64,000 nt of DNA from Macrostomum lignano. Taxonomy: Eukaryota. Every line of letters begins with the position of its first letter. The stretch's first letter is position 1. This document shows, one piece after another, positions 1-12,945 of the stretch. The stretch spans positions 147,269 through 211,268 of the forward strand of contig NIVC01002028.1 of NCBI GenBank assembly GCA_002269645.1, read 5' to 3'. Below the pieces are notes generated by a model that was given only the letters and a program-made list of their open reading frames with translations, did no database searches and was not told where the DNA came from. A program made the translations under genes and the position numbers.

Positions 1-13
1 GCAGAGCTCTCAC

Positions 14-118
14 CCCTTCCATCGGTGTGAGAGTCTGTTGAGCCGAAATTGCCAACACAGGTGTCATTGAGCTGATAGCAGGTCTGCCACAGGCCGGAGC
101 GAGCCAGAGTGCTATTAT
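14..118 (-). CDS. Exon 2 of a claudin/PMP22/EMP/MP20-family tetraspan membrane protein; the gene continues beyond the left edge
   Basis: Not in the ORF track. The minus strand reads ...gcgcAG|AT AAT AGC ACT CTG GCT CGC TCC GGC CTG TGG CAG ACC TGC = (D)NSTLARSGLWQTCYQLNDTCVGNFG, the GLW-x2-C...C first-loop signature. Acceptor AG at 120-119, CTAAC upstream, donor GTGAGA at 13. Entry phase 1 matches the exon-1 donor. Confidence 0.85.
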
Positions 119-391
119 CTGCGCGTGTGTCATTGGGGGGGGGTTGTGTTTTGTTAGACATACGGTTACACCGGAATAAAATGGAGCTTTCAAATTATTA
201 TAAAACATCTCTAGCTATACTACTACTACCGATAATAAAGTAGCACGTTTGGTACGCCACGCGGAGAATATGCAAAGCCGTAGCTTAGTTGCGAGAAAGA
301 TGATCCCGGATAAATGTGTACTTTTGCCTAGTTTGGCTAGCTAGTGGAGAAAATATTGTCAGTGTGAAACAGCTCGCATTTGGTTGGGCTA

Positions 392-1271
392 AACCCAGCT
401 GATTGAGTAGAACCCAGGTGATTGAGTAGAACCCAGGTGATTGAGTAGAACCCAGGTGATTAAGTAGAACCCAGGTGATTGAGTAGAACCAGGTGATTGA
501 GTAGAACCCAGGTGATTGAGTAGAACCCAGGTGATTGAGTAGAACCCAGCTGATTGACTAGAACCAGCTGATTGAGTAGAACCCAGGTGATTGACTAGAA
601 CCCAGGTGATTGACTAGAACCCAGGTGATTGACTAGAACCCAGGTGATTGACTAGAACCCAGGTGATTGACTAGAACCCAGGTGATTGACTAGAACCATG
701 CAGGTGATTGACTAGAACCCAGGTGATTGACTAGAACCCAGGTGATTGACTAGAACCCAGGTGATTGACTAGAACCCAGGTGATTGACTAGAACCATGCA
801 GGTGATTGACTAGAACCCAGGTGATTGACTAGAACCATGCAGGTGATTGACTAGAACCCAGGTGATTGACTAGAACCCAGGTGATTGACTAGAACCCAGG
901 TGATTGACTAGAACCCAGGTGATTGACTAGAACCCAGGTGATTGACTAGAACCCAGGTGATTGACTAGAACCCAGGTGATTGACTAGAACCATGCAGGTG
1001 ATTGACTAGAACCCAGGTGATTGACTAGAACCCAGGTGATTGACTAGAACCCAGGTGATTGACTAGAACCCAGGTGATTGACTAGAACCCAGGTGATTGA
1101 CTAGAACCCAGGTGATTGACTAGAACCCAGGTGATTGACTAGAACCCAGGTGATTGACTAGAACCCAGGTGATTGACTAGAACCCAGGTGATTGACTAGA
1201 ACCCAGGTGATTGACTAGAACCCAGGTGATTGACTAGAACCCAGGTGATTGACTAGAACCCAGGTGATTGA
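392..1271 (+). repeat. 19-bp minisatellite (AACCCAGGTGATTGACTAG), about 46 copies, intronic
   Basis: Direct tandem periodicity. GAGTAG variant at the 5' end and occasional CCATGCAGG variants. Confidence 0.97.
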
Positions 1272-2954
1272 ATAGGGATAGCTATGCTTATAAAGTCAAA
1301 GGTACTGGGTCTAAGCTAATTCTGAGTATTTAGAAGTGAAATTAAACGATTTTAACCTGCAACCTGCACGCGCTTGCCTTAAGTAAGTGCTAAAAAATTA
1401 GAGGTGCATAGTTGTACCGTTACTGTTTTAAATAGTGCTTAAATCACCGGTTTGCGAGGTTGCCATTATTATCAATACTACAATGCACCCTCTTTGACAG
1501 CATTACGCTCGTACTTATGCTTTGATGTGACGGTTCGTTGGTTTGTTAGCATGGGTACCTGTGTTCGGTTTATTGCTTAGCTTTATTCAATTAGACTTTA
1601 TTCTGCTAACTTAGTCACTTAACTTTATTCAATTCCAAACTTCTATGTACTCTGTAAACCAATGCGTACTCTGTGCAATTCAGTGTACATCATTGCGCTA
1701 GCCTTGCCTCGCCCCTTAAGTCTCTCCACTTACTCAGCCATACAATGCACCAGTGAAGTTCAATATTCACAATATTTAACTTATTGCACTCGACCTGTGT
1801 TTCGTCAAGCAACTTAGACTGTTGTACTACTGCAAATATATCGCAAGAATTTATACTCGCTTAAACAACATTCGATTCCTGACTTTCGCGTCACGTCATG
1901 CTTGAAGCTTAATCCCCTTTTGTTGCAATAAATTTGGAGACAGACTCATAGAACCCTTTGGACTATTTTTCACCATAGTAGACCCTTAGTCTATCTGTTT
2001 GATCTAGGGGTGTTTAGGACGGCAATTCAGGACGGGTTCGAACTCCGAACCCCGACCCGAACATTTTTTTCAAACCCCGAACCCGGTACCAAAACCTGAC
2101 GAAGCAATTGCTATCATTAACCCCCCATCATTAGCAGTGGCTGTGACTTCTCGTGACAATTTTCTGGTCACTTAGGGGGCCTCACTGGCTCTTATTCGAT
2201 CCGAGCTGCATCAAACTAATCCAGCATCATCCGATTTCGTGCCCTCTTCGTCCACTTCAAATTTCCGGGAGTCCACGATGAAGATCTTGCTAATTCTCTG
2301 AGTCCCGCGAGGTGACTGAGGAGCCAGCCAGCTAGGGGGGGGGGTTCTCCTGCTCCATTTTCCTCCCTTCCTCAATTCCTCAACTCGAAAATGCTCGACA
2401 GGGCGAAAATTGAGACGGTAAGGCACTGGGAGGGCTCTTGATTCGCCTAATGCAATCGGACATTCTTTCGTGCATTTAGGCCATGCATTTAAACAGGTTA
2501 AATCGTGCATCAATTTTCTGCTTTACAATGTCTTCTTCTTCTGAAGCTGGATCGCTGCTTAAAATACAATACAGTTCATGTTCGTTGCTTTCAATTAACT
2601 TAACCTTGTACTTTTGTTGGACAATTTTTTTGCTTAGCCACCTGTAGAAGCCCTCTTGCAACTTCGCAAAGTTACCGCTAAAAGCCAATGGCTACGAGAG
2701 TACCAATGAAGGTGATTCCTACCAAACAGCACGGTTCAGCATGCAGGCGGTTAAACAGACCTAAAAATCTGAAATTATAATTAAATTTCAAGTGTTCCCA
2801 AAACTCTAAATATCTCTAGCGCTTAAAATTTACCGAATTTTTCCTCCTTTGAAAGTTCAGGCTGTGAGACCCATATAATAATTAATTGATTACACCTGCC
2901 CCAATTGAACCAGATGTGCAACCAGATGTCAGCGGGCGCATCTGAAGACTGCGT

Positions 2955-3140
2955 ACGGCTGTTCAGTCCAAGGACTGGGGGGTCGCCACACACCCTCAAT
3001 TACCCCAACTATTGCTGCAAGGCACCCATTTTGCAGCTGGGTGAACTGAAGCAATGCTTAAGTGTCTTGCTCAAGGAAACAAATTATTCCAGGGGGAATC
3101 TTCACGTCGTGAGTCCGACGCTTTAACAACTGGACTGAAA
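2955..3140 (-). mobile_element. Degenerate tRNA-derived SINE fragment
   Basis: The minus strand has an A-box-like head AGTCCAGTTGTTAAAGCGTCGGACTCACGA, then TTTCCTTGAGCAAGACACTTAA...CACCCAGCTGCAAAATGGGTGCC, resembling conserved central SINE domains. The B box is eroded. Confidence 0.55.
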
Positions 3141-3201
3141 CACCCCAAAACCAAGAGAGACCCCCAAACGCGTAGTCCCGAAGGCCTTTTAAGCAACTTA
3201 C

Positions 3202-4066
3202 CCAGCGAGTGGTAGGACCAGGAGGCGGTGGACAAGCAGATCAACAGGCAGGGAGCTGCCAGTGTCGCCATTGCCGCAGCAACCAAGCGACTGCGCACAA
3301 AAGTCGGATGCTCCCAGTAGGCTCGCAGCCGGTTCCACTGCGTGTTGCTCAACTCCTGCGCGAAGCTGCCAGCGTAGCTCACCTTCGACCGTCGGCCTCC
3401 GATGCCAATTAATTCGCCTCCACCAGCTGCTCGACTCCGTCGCTGCTGCTGCTGTTGTCGCAGGTGCAGTCGCTGTTTCTCCGGAGCCATCAGGGCCGCG
3501 CATTCTTGGCGCGCTTTCAATATCGGCGTTGTCAGACGCGCTTCTTCCTCGGCCTCGGCCTGAGCGACAGCCGCTGCAGCTGCCACTGCTGCCTCTGCTG
3601 CCGCGGATGCTTCAACTCGGGGCTCCTCTTTTATCCGGAGCTGCCGCCGCTGCTGCAGAGAGGCGCGTCGTTGGCGAGACCAGCGTGACCAGGCCGATGT
3701 GCCGTCGTCTGGATCCTCGGCCGCCGACACAGCACCGGCGGATTCAACACCCGACGAACGCAGTTGGAGTGTTGAAGGTCGACCACTAGGAGATGGCGGT
3801 GGCTGCTGCTGCTGCTGCGATGGCGGCTCCTCCTCGGAGGCACCACGAATCGGCGAAGCTGACGGAGAAATCTCTACGCTGCTGCCAAGGCCCGTGTCGC
3901 CGCTGTTCTGCTGCCATGGTAGCGCAGCAGAAGCGGCACCGGTTGCCGCGTCGCCTTTGAAGCCGCTGCGCGTTCGAAAACGTCTCTGCTGGGTTCGCGC
4001 GACTGAGGCCTGCGGCACCCCCAGGAGTCCGGCTGTGTCCTCAGTCATGGCGTCCTGAATAGGCAT
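3202..4066 (-). CDS. Exon 1 of the claudin/PMP22-like gene: long low-complexity N-terminus plus TM1
   Basis: The Ala/Gln/Ser-rich ORF ends in hydrophobic RLVAAAMATLAAPCLLICLSTASW. Donor CTG G|GTAAGT at 3201 (phase 1) joins in frame to the GLW-C-C exon at 118-14 across a 3083-bp intron. Confidence 0.8.
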
Positions 4067-6407
4067 TTAGATTTCATTAATAGATACGTGCGTTCTAGAG
4101 GGCTGCGACCATCCTTGTCTTCCCAGAAAATGACATCACACCGCTATGATACGAAAAGCAATAGATGTAGGCTGAAAAGAGCCAGCTATTGGAAAAAATT
4201 TTTAAAACTGTCCTTTTTAGGCATTCCCGGGCGGATTTATGTCAATAAAAATCGATACCTTTATCGTTTGAATTCGTGCAAATCAATGTCGGTCTCTGGA
4301 TGCCCACAAATTTAAAAGCATTCTGCAGAACTTGTATGGTCAGTGCAGCGTTTTTTGTCTTAAATCCAATAGCTGCGGAAGGAATGGAAAATATCAATGA
4401 ATAAATATGGATCCATAAGTACAGGCAGTCCGTAGATCGACAGAGGATTCTCATGAAACAATTTTAATTTAGTGCAATAAGGTTGGATTCAAAAAAGAAA
4501 AAGAACAACAATCCTGTTTATTGCACTGCACTCGATAAAGGACCGGCGTCGAGACGATGTGGTGAATGCTTTTTATGTCCAGAATCGCGTGACAATTGAG
4601 CAGTGTCCCTTGCCAGCACTCTGTCTGGAGGCGTCAAGTCAAGGAGGCGGATTTGCCACCAGCTCAGCTAGGCCCGAATCGGGTGAACAGGCGGCCCACT
4701 CGATGGGACAGTACATCACTCCAGACCTTCGCTCGCTGCCGACCTCAAACTTGCTGCCTTCCTCTGAGAGCCTCCATCTCTCCCTCCCCAACTTTATCTT
4801 TTTCTTCTTTCCGTCTTCCAGTTCGGGCGGCGGGTGAGCAACGGATGCGGGGAAGAAATGCGAAGTAAAGAGCTGAGATTAAAGCAGTGGGCGACACAGC
4901 AGGCAACAGGCAGGCTGCACAGGCAAAAGCGGCTAGAGAATTCCAATGCATAAATCACGAAAGGACAGTGCAGTAGCAGCATCTGCCTCTCTCTATTCCC
5001 CAAGTTTTTATCAACCAACAGGCGACTAAAAAGTAGAATTCAGCAGGGGGATGGACAGCAGAGAAGCCCAGTCGATGCACTTATACTAACGGAAAAAGCT
5101 GAATTTACGGCTGTTCATAGAGCCAGGTGAAGAATATCTTAATAACAAATAAACAGAGTTCGTCTGGCTGTCAATCAGGCTGAACAGAGTCGCTGAGATG
5201 CGACGGATTTTAAACGGAACTGAAGTGGAGAGAGAGCTTAAAAAAGAAGCAAACAGAAGCTATAAGGAAGAGAAATGGAGAGCCGTGAAGGAGGGGAGAA
5301 TTGAGCTTCTTCTTTAAGCCTCATCTGACCGATCAATAACAGCCGGGATTGAACCCGACAAGAGTGCACCAGCACTTCAGAAGATTTTTCGAATTGTTTC
5401 TGTCACTTTTCAAGATAATGTCGATTATTGTCTGGGGCAGTTGGGGATTCGAGTTCCTACCTTAAGCACATTACGCTCGTAGAATAGAAGGCCATCTTTT
5501 ACCTGGGTATAAATTATTTTTCTGCTAGGTAAGCCTACTGATCAATACTGTCCTTTAAAGTTGCGCCTCTCCCGCAATGAGTTGCCAGACGCGGAAGCTG
5601 GAGTCCTGCCTTTCAGCGCTCCTCACCATTGTCTCCTTTCAACAGGGTTAAGAAACTGCATGGGAAGGCGTTGCGTCTTCCAGTATCTATTTTAGTCCGA
5701 GACTCTTGTACTCTACCTGCCTTTGTCGCAGCTCTCAGGCCAGCACTAGCATGCAAGCTTGCTGCCTTCTGTGCGTGTCTGCCTGGTGGGTGTTCGTCAC
5801 TCTCTAAGGAAAAAATGCTCAGAATTCTTGTGTAGCTCTCAAAGAAATGCCTCTTCTATGCCTTGTTGCCTTCATCGATTTTTTTGCTGTTTTGTTCATG
5901 TAGCGTCGAAGCGAAAAGACGGGAGGCAGCGGGCGGTCGGGCTGAGGAAGAGTTGGGGGGGGGGGGACTTGGGGTCCTGACCTGAGGTGAAGGCGAGTTC
6001 CGCTGTTAATGAGGCCGGCGATGACAATACGAGACTTGTTTTCTTCCTTAAGTTTTAATGGCTGCATCATTTCAATGGAGTTTTAATATGAAAATTGCAT
6101 GCATTTTTATACACTAAAAATTATATTGCCATGTTCAGTCTCCGCTTGAGCTGCACTTAAGGACTACAGTGAGTTACCATGGAAATAGGAAGCTACACTC
6201 TTTACACTTTTTTCTCGGGCCCAATTACTCTGTTTTTTATGTCGATCTAAAAGTTTTTTGCATTATTATTTTTTTAAATCTGCGGGAGGCTGGAAAAAAC
6301 AAAAGTAGCTACCTGTGTCTTCTCTCAGCTTTACAGTTTTTTGAAAAGTCAGCAAACAAACCTACCTTCAGGGACTTTTATGTGTTATTCGGATGGTCAG
6401 CGTCAGG

Positions 6408-6674
6408 GGCGCCGCCACCGGGGGGGGGGGACAGGGGAGACATGTCCCCCCTCAGTTGAAGCTATGGGGGGACATACCAATGCATACCAATGCCAAAATG
6501 AGTGCCTGCGGTGCCAAAATGAGTGCCTGCGGCGCTAAAATGAGTGCCTGCGGCGCTAAAATGAGTGCCTGCGGCGCTAAAATGAATGCCTGCGGCGCTA
6601 AAATGAATGCCTGCGGCGCTAAAATGAGTGCTGCCTGCGGCGCTAAAATGAGTGCCTGCGGCGCTAAAATGAGC
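6408..6674 (+). repeat. G/C-run MITE-like end followed by a 21-bp tandem repeat (AAAATGAGTGCCTGCGGCGCT), about 8.5 copies
   Basis: Tandem array at about 6492-6674, preceded by CAGGGGCGCC...G-run...ACATGTCCCCC. Confidence 0.85.
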
Positions 6675-7781
6675 GCTGACAACACCGATTCTGAAAAAAA
6701 TGTACATGTACTTGTAGAATTCTTGGCTTTGTCCCTCCACCATAAAATTAAGCTTTGGCCCATGGAATTAAGCTTTGTTAAGCTACATGTATTATCAGCG
6801 GCTAAGGCAGCCCTGCAGACCATCCCGGATGCTGGGAATTTTAAAAGCCAATCAATTCAGCGAAGACTGTCCTTGAACGCCAAGAGTAACTATTGCTGCC
6901 CCAGCTGTCAGTTCCGTTGGTCGTCGCAACGTGTGAAGCTGACAGCTGCTGTCCCTTGGTGTCACCTCTCTCTAACAGCCAAAAACAGCGCGAGTATTTC
7001 CCGAACTATCCATGACATCTGAATCTTTAGAGAATCCAATCCAGATAAAACCATTGAGAATATGAATTTTTATGCAGCCCGGAAATTCGATGGATTATAC
7101 TACTGAAAAACAATATGCCCCCATTGGGTGTATTAGTCTGTCTATAGAGCTCCCCAGCCTCCATTCTCTTCTCTATTTTTTTATACTTTCAGTATTCACT
7201 CTATTGTTGTCTGACACGGGAGGATGTGAAACCTGCACGGCAGGATGGGATATTTGCCTGCTGCAGCAGACGCACTGCCAGTCAGATTATCCCCTCGTGG
7301 GAATTTCACCCGATGCCATCAGAAACCTTCTAACACTTGAAGCGGCGCAAATGCGGACTGGTAGATGAAGATAGAGTGCACTATCCGCCGAGAGGAGCTC
7401 GAATGAATAAAATCGTTTCTCCGATTCGTGAAATAGTGGGAGGAGCAGCTTCAGAATTTTTAAATAATCATTGCTAAATGTTGAGAACGACTACACGCCA
7501 TTTTTTGCTATGCTCTTTCTGCAAAAGTGATAACATTGTTTACTGACCGTCTAAAATTTGTTCAATCGCAATTGTTCGTTTGTTATGCTCACTGTACAGC
7601 GTGACATCCTAGAATAAAAATACAATTCATGTCTCTTCACTGATCATCGGGATTTCGACAAATACTATGAGGAGGCAGGTAGTAATTGAGTTGATCCCTG
7701 AGCACACTGACATGCACACAGGCTAGACGTCAGGCAGTGTCTGCACTCTGTGCCTCGCCCGCGTGGTCGTGAATATCATGA

Positions 7782-8348
7782 CAAGCCCAGGTAAATCAGC
7801 TCTACCTGATCTAATGAGACCTAAGCCTACAGTTACCGGTATCAAGCCCAGGTAAATCAGCTCTACCTGATCTAATGAGACCTAAGCCTACAGTTATCGG
7901 TATCAAGCCCAGGTAAATCAGCTCTACCTGATCTAATGAGACCTAAGCCTACAGTTACCGGTATCAAGCCCAGGTAAATCAGCTCTACCTGATCTAATGA
8001 GACCTAAGCCTACAGTTACCGGTATCAAGCCCAGGTAAATCAGCTCTACCTGATCTAATGAGACCTAAGCCTACAGTTACCGGTATCAAGCCCAGGTAAA
8101 TCAGCTCTACCTGATCTAATGAGACCTAAGCCTACAGTTATCGGTATCAAGCCCAGGTAAATCAGCTCTACCTGATCTAATGAGACCTAAGCCTACAGTT
8201 ACCGGTATCAAGCCCAGGTAAATCAGCTCTACCTGATCTAATGAGACCTAAGCCTACAGTTACCGGTATCAAGCCCAGGTAAATCAGCTCTACCTGATCT
8301 AATGAGACCTAAGCCTACAGTTACCGGTATCAAGCCCAGGTAAATCAG
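7782..8348 (+). repeat. 61-bp minisatellite, about 9.3 near-identical copies
   Basis: Unit CAAGCCCAGGTAAATCAGCTCTACCTGATCTAATGAGACCTAAGCCTACAGTTACCGGTAT. Confidence 0.97.
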
Positions 8349-8742
8349 AACCGGCACCGACCAGTTAGTTACAAACGACTCACTCAATCCTTGATCTCAA
8401 AACATCAGCGCTCCAGCGGCAGTTGAGTGGGCAGGAGGCCTCGCTGCAGACAGTTGCCAAGCTGCTCAAACTGATGCATGACTGCTTTTGGACACGAGGT
8501 AATTGTAAAAATTCCAAAAACTTAAGAGGGAGATGGGGAGAGAAGAAGAGCCCGAATCAGAACTTAAGTCCTCTATGTAGAGACGAGATTAGTTGAGGTT
8601 GGCGCCATCACCGTGCAATTATTGGTGGGGTTGAGGTTCCCCGCACAGCTGCCTCTCCAAGAGCTACTGGCTGTCGGGGTGAGCAGAAACGCAGATGGGG
8701 AATAAGTAGCACGAGAAACACACAAATTTGTTTGCTAATCGA

Positions 8743-10371
8743 AACATCAAAGCTACTTGAACATCTAGATATACTGCTTCTAACATCAGCTACTTGAACA
8801 TCTAGATATACTGCTTCTAACATCTAGCTACTTGAACATCTAGATATACTGCTTCTAACATTAGCTACTTGAACATCTAGATATACTGCTTCTAACATCA
8901 GCTACTTGAACATCTAGATATACTGCTTCTAACATCAGCTACTTGAACATCTAGATATACTGCTTCTAACATCAGCTACTTGAACATCTAGATATACTGC
9001 TTCTAACATCTAGCTACTTGAACATCTAGATATACTGCTTCTAACATCTAGCTACTTGAACATCTAGATATACTGCTTCTAACATCAGCTACTTGAACAT
9101 CTAGATATACTGCTTCTAACATCTAGCTACTTGAACATCTAGATATACTGCTTCTAACATCAGCTGCTTGAACATCTAGATATACTGCTTCTAACATCAG
9201 CTACTTGAACATCCAGATATACTGCTTCTAACATCAGCTACTTGAACATCTAGATATACTGCTTCTAACATCAGCTACTTGAACATCTAGATATACTGCT
9301 TCTAACATCTAGCTACTTGAACATCTAGATATACTGCTTCTAACATCAGCTACTTGAACATCTAGGTATACTGCTTCTAACATCAGCTACTTGAACATCT
9401 AGATATACTGCTTCTAACATCTATAGCTACTTGAACATCTAGATATACTGCTTCTAACATCTAGCTACTTGAACATCTAGATATACTGCTTCTAACATCA
9501 GCTACTTGAACATCCAGATATACTGCTTCTAACATCAGCTACTTGAACATCTAGATATACTGCTTCTAACATCAGCTACTTGAACATCTAGATATACTGC
9601 TTCTAACATCAGCTACTTGAACATCTAGATATACTGCTTCTAACATCTAGCTACTTGAACATCTAGATATACTGCTTCTAACATCTAGCTACTTGAACAT
9701 CTAGATATACTGCTTCTAACATCAGCTACTTGAACATCTAGATATACTGCTTCTAACATCTAGCTACTTGAACATCTAGATATACTGCTTCTAACATCAG
9801 CTACTTGAACATCTAGATATACTGCTTCTAACATCTAGCTACTTGAACATCTAGATATACTGCTTCTAACATCAGCTACTTGAACATCTAGATATACTGC
9901 TTCTAACATCAGCTACTTGAACATCTAGATATACTGCTTCTAACATCAGCTACTTGAACATCTAGATATACTGCTTCTAACATCAGCTACTTGAACATCT
10001 AGATATACTGCTTCTAACATCTAGCTACTTGAACATTTAGATATACTGCTTCTAACATCTATAGCTACTTGAACATCTAGATATACTGCTTCTAACATCT
10101 AGCTATTTGAACATCTAGATATACTGCTTCTAACATCTAGCTATTTGAACATCTAGATATACTGCTTCTAACATATAGCTACTTGAACATCTAGATATAC
10201 TGCTTCTAACATCTATAGCTACTTGAACATCTAGATATACTGCTTCTAACATCAGCTACTTGAACATCTAGATATACTGCTTCTAACATCTAGCTACTAG
10301 AGTATCTAGATATACTGCTTCTAACATCTAGCTACTTCAACATCTAGATATACTGCTTCTAACATCTAGCT
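8743..10371 (+). repeat. 37-40-bp minisatellite, about 43 copies
   Basis: Unit CATCAGCTACTTGAACATCTAGATATACTGCTTCTAA, with +T and +TAT length variants. Confidence 0.97.
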
Positions 10372-12705
10372 CTGATAAGGCAAGCTAGAGTGCATATTGA
10401 TCTGTATACTTGCCACAAGATAAAAGAATTTCATAAAGCGTCAACATCAAAAGTCTCGTCTCATTGCAACTTTCTTCTCAAGTCATACTCCCATAGATCA
10501 GTTACATCAGCGATTTGTAAGTTTACATCTCTCGAGTCTCGCGAAATCTAGCCAGACACTGAGACAGCGAAAGTGCATTTCTATCTCTCCCATTATGAGC
10601 GCAATAGCAACAAATCAAGATTAAGGAAGCGCATACACACACAGCTCGAATGTCGCGAATTTGTGCATCTCTGATGACTGTACTGTACAGTTGGGCAGAG
10701 CACAGAACTGGCTACTCTCTATACCCAGAACTCCCCAACGGGGAGGCACTGAGCGAGAAAAAACCATTGAAAAGAAATATCCAAGCACCGACTGAACCGG
10801 CCTTGAAGAAGGGGAATTGCCCGCTCGCTCGGGACCAAGGCTTATTCTTGTCTCCCACTCCCCCTTCGCAATCCAATTTCACATTTTGCTCTTAAGCCTG
10901 CCCCGGAGCTCGCAAAGGCCTCTAGGCTTGGACTAACTGACTGAGCTGTCCCCTCATTTTCCTCACTTTTCTCTGCTTTTGTAGATTGCAGGCTTTTTAC
11001 AGCAAAGCGTTGCTTCATTATGCAGGCTGAAGTAATGTTACCTAGAACTCTACTTGTGTGTCCAATTATCAGCTTCACCTGGAACACTTTGATGGCTTTG
11101 GCCGTTAGCTACTAGTTAGATATAAATAAACATAGACTTAGCTTTAGCTGCTGGAACTAAGGGGCAGGGGCGTCGCGACACGGTGGCGAACAGGGGAAGG
11201 GCATGTCAATGCCATGACGTAGCAGTGAGCAAAGAAACAAAAAACTCGGACACTTGCTCGCATCTGTGTTAGACTTCTTGTAAAAATTATCACTTTCAAA
11301 GATTTTTCAGAGTTTGCAAACAGGGTATGCTCTCACGTTAAAAAACAAAAACTATTGGCCCTTTGGCGCTACGTTTTCGGGGACATCGTCCAACAACCAG
11401 CGTTGAGACAACTCTGCCGATTACGCTGACTCCTGAGCATATACAAACGCACTATACTGTACTCAGACACAGCACTCATACAAACGCTCACACAGGGTGT
11501 ACAGCAGACCCGACTCACTAATACTCAGGCATGTACACTCTCTGTTCTGCTCATTGAGCTTGGCTCTCATGGCTCTGTGAATCGCAGGGACAACTCCTGG
11601 GCCAATTTTTGTAGATCTAGACAGTGATTTTGTGCACAAGCCCCAAATTGATGTGGCTGCGCAAGTCAACCCTGACTCATCAAGTTACTTTACAGTCCGG
11701 TGCCTCAGAAAAACCATTACGGCAACGGCGTGATTTCAGGACTGAAAATGTCTCAACGAACTGGGAATGCTGTCAAATCGAAACTTGCTATTAACTCGGC
11801 GAATACAATTTCCGGCGTGATTGCGTCCAGGAGTTGCGTGTGACTGCGTTGCACTGCAGACGCGCCAAAAACCTAGCAAGGGAAAATATTCAAGCGGCAT
11901 CGAAAACACTTTTGGTTGAAGATGTTCAACACACTACTTAAAAAAGCACTTATTGTTTCAGTTTGACGTAGTTTTCTGAGAGATTTCCGTTTAATTTATA
12001 TAGACATGCTGCGTACCCTATTTGCCATTGATTACGCCACATACCAGATTAGAAAAGCTACCTTACACTTAGTGTTCGCAAAGATTGTGAGTGAAAGGAT
12101 TGGACGAACGGAAAGCAATGTTCAAGAAAAAATGTCACTATTGATAGTATTAGCAGTCACAGAACAAGTCGATAAACTGAGAAATTGAGAAGTTTAAAAA
12201 TGATGTTTTGCACTAGCTAGGTCGTGAAGAACTTCGTTTTTAGTGTCATGAGCTACGCTTGTAAATTCGCTAACAAAAAACACAGTTTATCCAATTTCAA
12301 CATATTCCCACATGAACAAATCGAATGGGAAGGGAGATTTTAGATAGAAAAGCGATTCCATCTTTCGTGCAAGCCGCCAAGTGCTACACATTCGGCCATC
12401 AAAGCAGATCGTTCCGGAAACGCTCCATAAATTGGAGAACCCTTCCGAGCCATTCCGAAACGTTCAATTCGTCAATGTTTCAGTCGTAAAACTGTGGGAT
12501 GGGGAGGGTCATTTCGCGGGATAATTGTTAACTATACTTTTCCCGAAACAAGCCACGCAAAAACTGCTTGCGTGATGCTCGCTAGAGCCTAGGTCTAAGT
12601 TTTAGCTAGATAGTGAAATAGTTAGTGTCAGTTGTCCCTGAGTTAGTGTTTAAATAGACTAGATTTTTCACTACTACATTCAGTGCTACCATGCAGGAGG
12701 CAAAC

Positions 12706-12945
12706 ACGACCAGGACGTGTGATAAATGGCTTAGTATGATTGACTCTACTAACGACCAGGACGTGTGATAAATGGCTTAGTACGTATGATAGACTCTACT
12801 AACGACCAGGACGTGTGATAAATGGCTTAGCATGATAGACTCTACTAACGACCAGGACGTGTGATAAATGGCTTAGTACTGGTATGATAGACTCTACTAA
12901 CGACCAGGACGTGTGATAAATGGCTTAGTATGATTGACTCTACTA
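12706..12945 (+). repeat. 46-55-bp tandem repeat, 5 copies
   Basis: Unit ACGACCAGGACGTGTGATAAATGGCTTAGTATGATTGACTCTACTA. Confidence 0.95.

Noticed and set aside
2211-2688. Overlapping 70-aa and 100-aa minus-strand ORFs in the claudin-like intron
   Set aside because: No recognisable motif or convincing splice sites. They could be a decayed TE fragment but cannot be supported.
3198-4058. Alternative-frame and antisense ORFs over real genes (also 13736-14248, 29587-29925, 31039-31824, 32972-33847, 62136-62610)
   Set aside because: They are shadow ORFs of GC-rich coding sequence with no independent motifs.
7782-10371. CRISPR-like appearance of the 37-bp and 61-bp arrays
   Set aside because: The repeats are contiguous with no unique spacers, no cas genes are present, and the context is eukaryotic.
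11463-11669. Short minus-strand ORF (…PAIHRAMRAKLNEQNREC…) with a faint BEN-like feel
   Set aside because: It is too short and has no supporting splice structure or motif.
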